In this document: positions 49,790-54,187 of the stretch, one piece after another
Position numbering within the stretch: the first letter of the stretch is position 1
How the letters are laid out: every line of letters begins with the position of its first letter
Virus record (IMG/VR): IMGVR_UViG_3300009425_003086
Location: 1 to 54,187 of that record
Reading direction: 5' to 3' (one strand)
DNA: 54,187 nucleotides
Source of the DNA: a virus
Taxonomy: Duplodnaviria; Caudoviricetes
The notes under the pieces: model-generated
What the model saw: only the letters and a program-made list of their open reading frames with translations
What the model was told of the DNA's origin: nothing
The model's database searches: none
Made by a program: the position numbers and the translations under genes

Positions 49790-49911
49790 CTATTTTACGA
49801 CAAAATCACGGGCGAGGGCGTTTTTCTCTCTACCACGCGCAAATTCTACGAACCTTCCGACAGCCACCGGGCATTATATAGGGCAGACTTGGAAGATAAA
49901 ACCATTAATAT

Positions 49912-49942
49912 TAGGTTCTAATCTATTTTTTTCGTATATTTA
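49912..49942 (+). promoter_or_regulatory. -33/-7 promoter variant overlapping TATTTATA
   Basis: TAG-N20-TATATTTA. Confidence 0.55.
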
Positions 49943-49950
49943 TATATAAG

Positions 49951-50121
49951 ATGAAAAATCGAGATATAATCGGCCAAGAGAAGTACACGGTAGGAGAGTT
50001 AGCTCAACTATCGAGACGTCGAATGGTACAGAAAGATCACGAAGATAAGTCTAAATATAAAAGAAAACAAAAACATAATAAAGACGATTTCGATAATTTT
50101 TATCCGGATCAAGCAATATGA
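49951..50121 (+). CDS. Small basic protein (56 aa) with KSKYKRKQKH motif
   Basis: ATG 8 nt after promoter box; not in ORF track. Confidence 0.55.
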   Translation: MKNRDIIGQEKYTVGELAQLSRRRMVQKDHEDKSKYKRKQKHNKDDFDNFYPDQAI

Positions 50122-50231
50122 AAGCACTAGGAACTAAAAGTAAAATGCGACATATAGCTCATAACCCAACGTCTTTACTATTCCGTGAATTAAATCGCGT
50201 CATATTAAACAAAAAAAATAAAAAACAATAA
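50118..50231 (+). CDS. Small hypothetical peptide (37 aa)
   Basis: ATGA overlap upstream; stop 3 nt before next ATG. Confidence 0.4.
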   Translation: MKALGTKSKMRHIAHNPTSLLFRELNRVILNKKNKKQ

Positions 50232-50234
50232 GTT

Positions 50235-50468
50235 ATGTCAGACTCAGTTACCAAGTATTATGAAAATATGGCGGAAAAAGATGAAATGTTCGGCCTTGAT
50301 AAATCCCCTGATGAAAGAAGAAGTGATCAAATCCTGGAATTGTTAGCTAAAGCTACAAAAGCAAATAAGATTGTACAGGTTCAAACTCGAGCGGCTGAGG
50401 TGCAGAAAGAATATAATTCAGCTTCCTTATTGTTAGGGTTACAGATAGCTTGTGATGAAATCCTCTAA
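50235..50468 (+). CDS. Hypothetical protein
   Basis: 77 aa, AGTT-ATG start. Confidence 0.6.
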   Translation: MSDSVTKYYENMAEKDEMFGLDKSPDERRSDQILELLAKATKANKIVQVQTRAAEVQKEYNSASLLLGLQIACDEIL

Positions 50469-50913
50469 AATATACTACTCAGCAGATCTAGAAAATATAG
50501 CAAGTGATATAGTACCGCACGGTTTCTTTGCTTTAAAACTTACTGGAGGAAATGCACATAAGTGGCATAAGTTAATTAAGTCTTGTATTAGCTCATTCAA
50601 TTCACAAGTACAGTGGAAAGATATGTGGGACTTAGAAGAAGCACTTAATCGTTTTAAACAAGACCAAGTAATGTTCGTTTACCAACGAATAGGAGATAGA
50701 ACAGAAAGACCTTTAGGTTATGTTTGGTTTGATGGAGATTACCTATACAATATGTTTATGGTCAAAGATAGACAAGATGGACATACTGTCAGATTTGTTA
50801 GAGAGTCTTGCCATAACTTAGAACAATCCATCAAAACAATATACCTACATTGTGATGATTGGAACATAAGAGCTCAAAAAATGTTTGAAAAAGTAGGATT
50901 TAAAAAATTTTAA
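50452..50913 (+). CDS. GNAT-family acetyltransferase
   Basis: LGYVWF, LYNMFM...RQDG, LHCDDWNIRAQKMFEKVGF. Confidence 0.75.
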   Translation: MMKSSKIYYSADLENIASDIVPHGFFALKLTGGNAHKWHKLIKSCISSFNSQVQWKDMWDLEEALNRFKQDQVMFVYQRIGDRTERPLGYVWFDGDYLYNMFMVKDRQDGHTVRFVRESCHNLEQSIKTIYLHCDDWNIRAQKMFEKVGFKKF

Positions 50914-50925
50914 CACCTATTAAAG

Positions 50926-50956
50926 TTGTTTAATTGAATATTTATTCTTATATTAT
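50926..50956 (+). promoter_or_regulatory. Bacteroidota-type -33/-7 promoter, 5 nt before rpsU ATG
   Basis: TTG-N20-TATATTAT. Confidence 0.7.
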
Positions 50957-50961
50957 ATTAT

Positions 50962-51150
50962 ATGTTAATAATAAAGCTAGGAAAAAAAGAAAATATCAAC
51001 CAAGCACTCAAGAGATTCAAAAAAAAAGTTAAGAATACTGGCTTGCTCAAAGAGTTACGGAAGAGACAGGCCTTTATAAAACCTAGTGCTGTTAAGCGTA
51101 AGCAAAAACAAACAGCAATTTATGCCAAAAAGTTTAACACGGAACTTTAA
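50962..51150 (+). CDS. rpsU: Phage-encoded ribosomal protein bS21
   Basis: ENINQALKRFKKK, ELRKRQAFIKPSAVKR; Bacteroidota-like MLII start and Tyr54. Confidence 0.92.
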   Translation: MLIIKLGKKENINQALKRFKKKVKNTGLLKELRKRQAFIKPSAVKRKQKQTAIYAKKFNTEL

Positions 51151-51194
51151 AAACCGTATATTTATATATACTAACAACAACAAATTTATTAATT

Positions 51195-51500
51195 ATGCAA
51201 ACAGTTTTAATTATCTTAGCAATTCTAGCCATTGGAGCAGGAGTTTATTATTATTTTTGGAGCAAAGGATCTATCGCAGATAGAGACCAAGACCTTATTC
51301 CAGATTCAGTAGAAGACAAAATCTCAGATATCAAAGAAGATATCGACGATACAGTAGCCGAAACAAAAAGAAGAGTGAAAAGAGTTAAGGAAGAGCTTTC
51401 GGATGTCAAAGGAGCTCTAAAAAATGTCGTCGAGCAAACAAAAGACATAGTAGCTGCTACAAAAGGAAAACCTCGTAGAGGAAGAAAAAAAAATAAGTAG
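51195..51500 (+). CDS. Membrane-anchored coiled-coil protein
   Basis: N-terminal TM helix, DRDQDLIPD, basic tail; TATTTATA at 51159. Confidence 0.7.
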   Translation: MQTVLIILAILAIGAGVYYYFWSKGSIADRDQDLIPDSVEDKISDIKEDIDDTVAETKRRVKRVKEELSDVKGALKNVVEQTKDIVAATKGKPRRGRKKNK

Positions 51501-51518
51501 AAGTCTGTTATTAAAAGA

Positions 51519-51743
51519 ATGCAAAACCCAACCCAAAACTTAGATTACAGCCAAACTGTTGCAGTCAAATGTGAAAATTGCAATGGAATCTATTTCGAAC
51601 AAGTCGTTCACCTCCGAAAAGCTTCAGGTCTCCTTACAGGAACCGGAAAACCAAGTTACATACCAATCCCCGTCTTTGCTTGCAAAGAATGCGGAAATGT
51701 TAACCCAGAATTCCTCCCCAAAGAGTCTACAGGAGCTGAGTAG
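51519..51743 (+). CDS. Zinc-ribbon protein
   Basis: CENC...CKECG. Confidence 0.75.
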   Translation: MQNPTQNLDYSQTVAVKCENCNGIYFEQVVHLRKASGLLTGTGKPSYIPIPVFACKECGNVNPEFLPKESTGAE

Positions 51744-51796
51744 AGTAATATATCATGGTCTACAGGATCAGATATACGAAGACTAAAAATTAAATT

Positions 51797-51830
51797 AGAG
51801 AGTAGATATAACGTCTATTCTCTTTTTTTT
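51797..51830 (+). terminator. Rho-independent terminator
   Basis: AGAGAGTAGAT-ATAAC-GTCTATTCTCT then T run. Confidence 0.85.
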
Positions 51831-51868
51831 AGTGCTATTTATAAGAGAATAATATTACAACTTATAAA

Positions 51869-52093
51869 ATGGCCTTTAAGGATTTATTTAAAAACGACAA
51901 CGACATTAACGAAAAATCCATAATAGGATTTGTCTCGTTCTCTATTATGGTAATATTTGCCATAGCAGACTTAGCAATGGGATTTATTGGTAAAGACTTA
52001 ATTATCAATGATATTATATACAACTCTTTTGTGATAGTAACCTTAGGGTGTTTCGGTATCGCCGAAGCAGGAAAAGCATTTGGAAATAAATAA
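51869..52093 (+). CDS. Two-TM small membrane protein (holin-like)
   Basis: Two hydrophobic helices; preceded by TATTTATA at 51836. Confidence 0.55.
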   Translation: MAFKDLFKNDNDINEKSIIGFVSFSIMVIFAIADLAMGFIGKDLIINDIIYNSFVIVTLGCFGIAEAGKAFGNK

Positions 52094-52112
52094 TCAGTAA
52101 ATATATTAAGAC

Positions 52113-53310
52113 ATGAAACACTTATTAATAATCCTAAGTTTAATAATTTACATCCGCATTAGGACAGGAAAAGAAAACCAACTTCTTTGAGAACCTATAC
52201 AAAGACTTCTTAAAGTATGGTACAGTTTATGCAGCTGGAGACATCTCAAATGCAGTAGAAGCACAAGAACCAACATACGTATTACGAACAAACCAAGATG
52301 GGAGTATTTATTCTATACCAGATATAGAAGATGTTACTGATAGATTTCCATTTGATTACCGATATAGTATTGGTATAAGAAAGTTAGCTAGATTCGATTA
52401 CGAAAGAAAACCTAAAAACTTTTACGATGGTAACGAAAGCCAATTAGTATATGCAGCACCTTCATCGGCAATACAAGGTTTAGAGTATCAAATTCATTTC
52501 GAAAATGAAAGATGGAACGGTAGAAATTTCAAAAACCATAGAGTATTTTTAAAACATACAGGTAAATACCACATCTTCAAAGCAGAGAGTAGAGAGGTAT
52601 CTAAAATCAATCTTAATTATAAATCAGCAGAACTAAGAGCAAGATTACCAATAGGTAAGAAATTCTCTATATCAGCAGGTGTTGTAGTTAGAGGACATGA
52701 TAGAGCATATGGATATAATCCATTCGAAATATGGTTAAACGAAATGGCACCAGATTCAAACGGAACTCCATACTACACTAATCCTTGGTACACATTAGGA
52801 TTCCAATATGGTTATTCAGACCATTATACAACATCTACAACAGGTGGAAATACAACAAATGATTGGATTTGGAAAGATGAAGATGGTAATATAGTAGCTA
52901 ATACAGATTTAGAATTTAGAGAAGAAGTATTTCCAAGTATTATTAATAGGTATAATAGAGAAGCATGGGATTTAGTAGACCCATTTGTAGAATTAGCACC
53001 AATAGTAGGATTTGATTTCTATCACTACAAAAACAATTTTTGGTTACATTCATTCGGAAACATAATACTTCCTCAACACAAATACATCAAAGGAGATGGA
53101 GATTTTACATACTTAAATAGAGGCAATTGGGGACCAGGTGGATTAATAGAAGGAGCTGAACCAGAACAATGGTCAGATTTCTCAATGGGAGTTGCATTTG
53201 GATGGAAAGTAGGAAAAAACTTAGGAGTATTTGCTGAAGGTGAATATTCTAAAATGTGGGAGAGTAGGTTATTCCAAACTACATTTGGTTTAAATTATAC
53301 TTTCAAATAA
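52113..53310 (+). pseudogene. Outer-membrane beta-barrel-like protein (about 398 aa) interrupted by a 1-nt frameshift near 52146
   Basis: ATG 52113 (MKHLLIILSLI) stops at 52190; adjacent frame is open 52147-53310 (FTSALGQEKKT...TTFGLNYTFK). Confidence 0.7.
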
Positions 53311-53319
53311 AATAAAAAT

Positions 53320-53637
53320 ATGGCAAGGAAGGTAGACAAAGTTGAAGTTGGAGTAGATATTGATGGAGATGGAAAACCAGATTTTTCTTTAGATCTTAAG
53401 ACTATAGGAATGGTAATTGTTTTTATTTCAACAATTATAGGAATGTGGTTTACATTACAAGGTGATATACAAGAAGCAAAAGAATTACCTAAACCGTCTA
53501 TAGAGAGAATTGAATACGACTTAAAGGATGAACTTATCCGTCAAACGATAATGGATACACAAGATGACGTAGAGGATATCTTAGACAAGTTAGAAAAACT
53601 AGATGAACGTATCTACGAAATACAAAAAAGACAATAA
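53320..53637 (+). CDS. Single-TM protein with coiled-coil C-terminus
   Basis: DIDGDGKPD, TM IGMVIVFISTIIGMWF, heptad tail. Confidence 0.7.
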   Translation: MARKVDKVEVGVDIDGDGKPDFSLDLKTIGMVIVFISTIIGMWFTLQGDIQEAKELPKPSIERIEYDLKDELIRQTIMDTQDDVEDILDKLEKLDERIYEIQKRQ

Positions 53638-53652
53638 TAGATTATAACAGTT

Positions 53653-54060
53653 ATGAAAAACACACTCTTTAGTCTACTGTTGATTATTACAACATCTACT
53701 TTATGTTTCGGACAAGAATTTATCACAGAAGCAGAATTCCATGCAAAAATAAACGAAAGACATGCTTTTGGAGATAATGATCAAAATGTTGTAATAGTTG
53801 AGTTTTGGGCTGAATTCAATCAAGCAAATGCCTTTCAGGAATGGGACAAGGTTAAAGGAGCAAAATACTTCAGAGTCGATGTATCAACAGCACTTAAATT
53901 AAAGAAAGAATTCCGTATAAGAATGGCACCAACTTTAATTGTATTTAATAAAGGAGTCAAAGAAGATATTTTTAAAGCAAGTTTAGATTTATTATGTCCT
54001 GTTGATTTATCAGAATTACAGGAATCTATAGATGATATTAAGACTGCAAATAAGTTTTAA
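53653..54060 (+). CDS. Secreted thioredoxin-fold protein lacking CxxC
   Basis: Signal peptide ending FGQ; VVIVEFWAEFN, YFRVDV, IRMAPTLIVF. Confidence 0.75.
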   Translation: MKNTLFSLLLIITTSTLCFGQEFITEAEFHAKINERHAFGDNDQNVVIVEFWAEFNQANAFQEWDKVKGAKYFRVDVSTALKLKKEFRIRMAPTLIVFNKGVKEDIFKASLDLLCPVDLSELQESIDDIKTANKF

Positions 54061-54072
54061 AAAGAAAATACA

Positions 54073-54187
54073 ATGCCTATAAAATTAAAACCAAGTTCCA
54101 AACAATACATTAAAGATGCAAATGGTAGAACGACTCAGAAATGGAAATGGAATCACTATACCGTTGGTGGTACAAAAACCGAAGAAT
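54073..54187 (+). CDS. Hypothetical protein, 3'-truncated
   Basis: MPIKLKPSSKQYIKDANG... open to window end. Confidence 0.5.
   Translation, partial: MPIKLKPSSKQYIKDANGRTTQKWKWNHYTVGGTKTEE

Noticed and set aside
339-51448. Minus-strand ORFs in the track (e.g. 8546-8857, 17729-18160, 27746-28237)
   Set aside because: All lie antisense to well-supported + strand genes and show no motifs; treated as shadow ORFs
51726-51767. 10-bp direct repeat GTCTACAGGA
   Set aside because: Only two short copies with no associated structure; may be chance
1-54187. Stop-codon reassignment
   Set aside because: Conserved genes are full-length in code 11, and TAG/TGA end genes at expected positions
1-54187. tRNA genes, CRISPR arrays, transposases or integrases
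   Set aside because: No cloverleaf, repeat-spacer array or such motifs seen by eye; intergenic space is minimal

Overview
A 54-kb, AT-rich segment of a large tailed dsDNA phage with a contractile (myovirus) tail. All credible genes are on the + strand and read in the standard genetic code. The host is most likely Bacteroidota/Flavobacteriia, based on -33/-7-type promoters, absence of Shine-Dalgarno motifs, a Flavobacterium-like bS21 and Gln-type signal peptides. Gene order: glycan genes (1-2.4 kb); tail module with sheath, tube, frameshifted chaperone, tape measure and baseplate (2.5-15.2 kb); replication genes, namely a divergent PolA, SSB, RecA/UvsX, 5'-3' exonuclease, helicase and NrdB/NrdA (15.2-24.1 kb); a glycosylation/carbamoylation/sulfation cluster (24.1-35.8 kb); an apparently complete 7-deazaguanine DNA-modification pathway of QueC, QueD, QueE, FolE, QueF, a TGT/DpdA-like transglycosylase and a PurN-like formyltransferase, interleaved with a ferredoxin, PRTase, MazG-like enzyme, kinase and secreted nuclease (30.7-43 kb); a second PolA, MetK, Hsp20/GroES/GroEL, bS21, and a frameshifted outer-membrane beta-barrel cluster. 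Most notable signals: a preQ1-I-like riboswitch directly before queD; nucleotide-level enzymes and two PolA genes alongside the deazaguanine pathway; a +1/-2 tail-chaperone frameshift at a U7 run; two promoter classes with probable leaderless transcripts; and a possible minimal PAPS/sulfation pathway. All calls rest on motif recognition by eye; no database searches were run.
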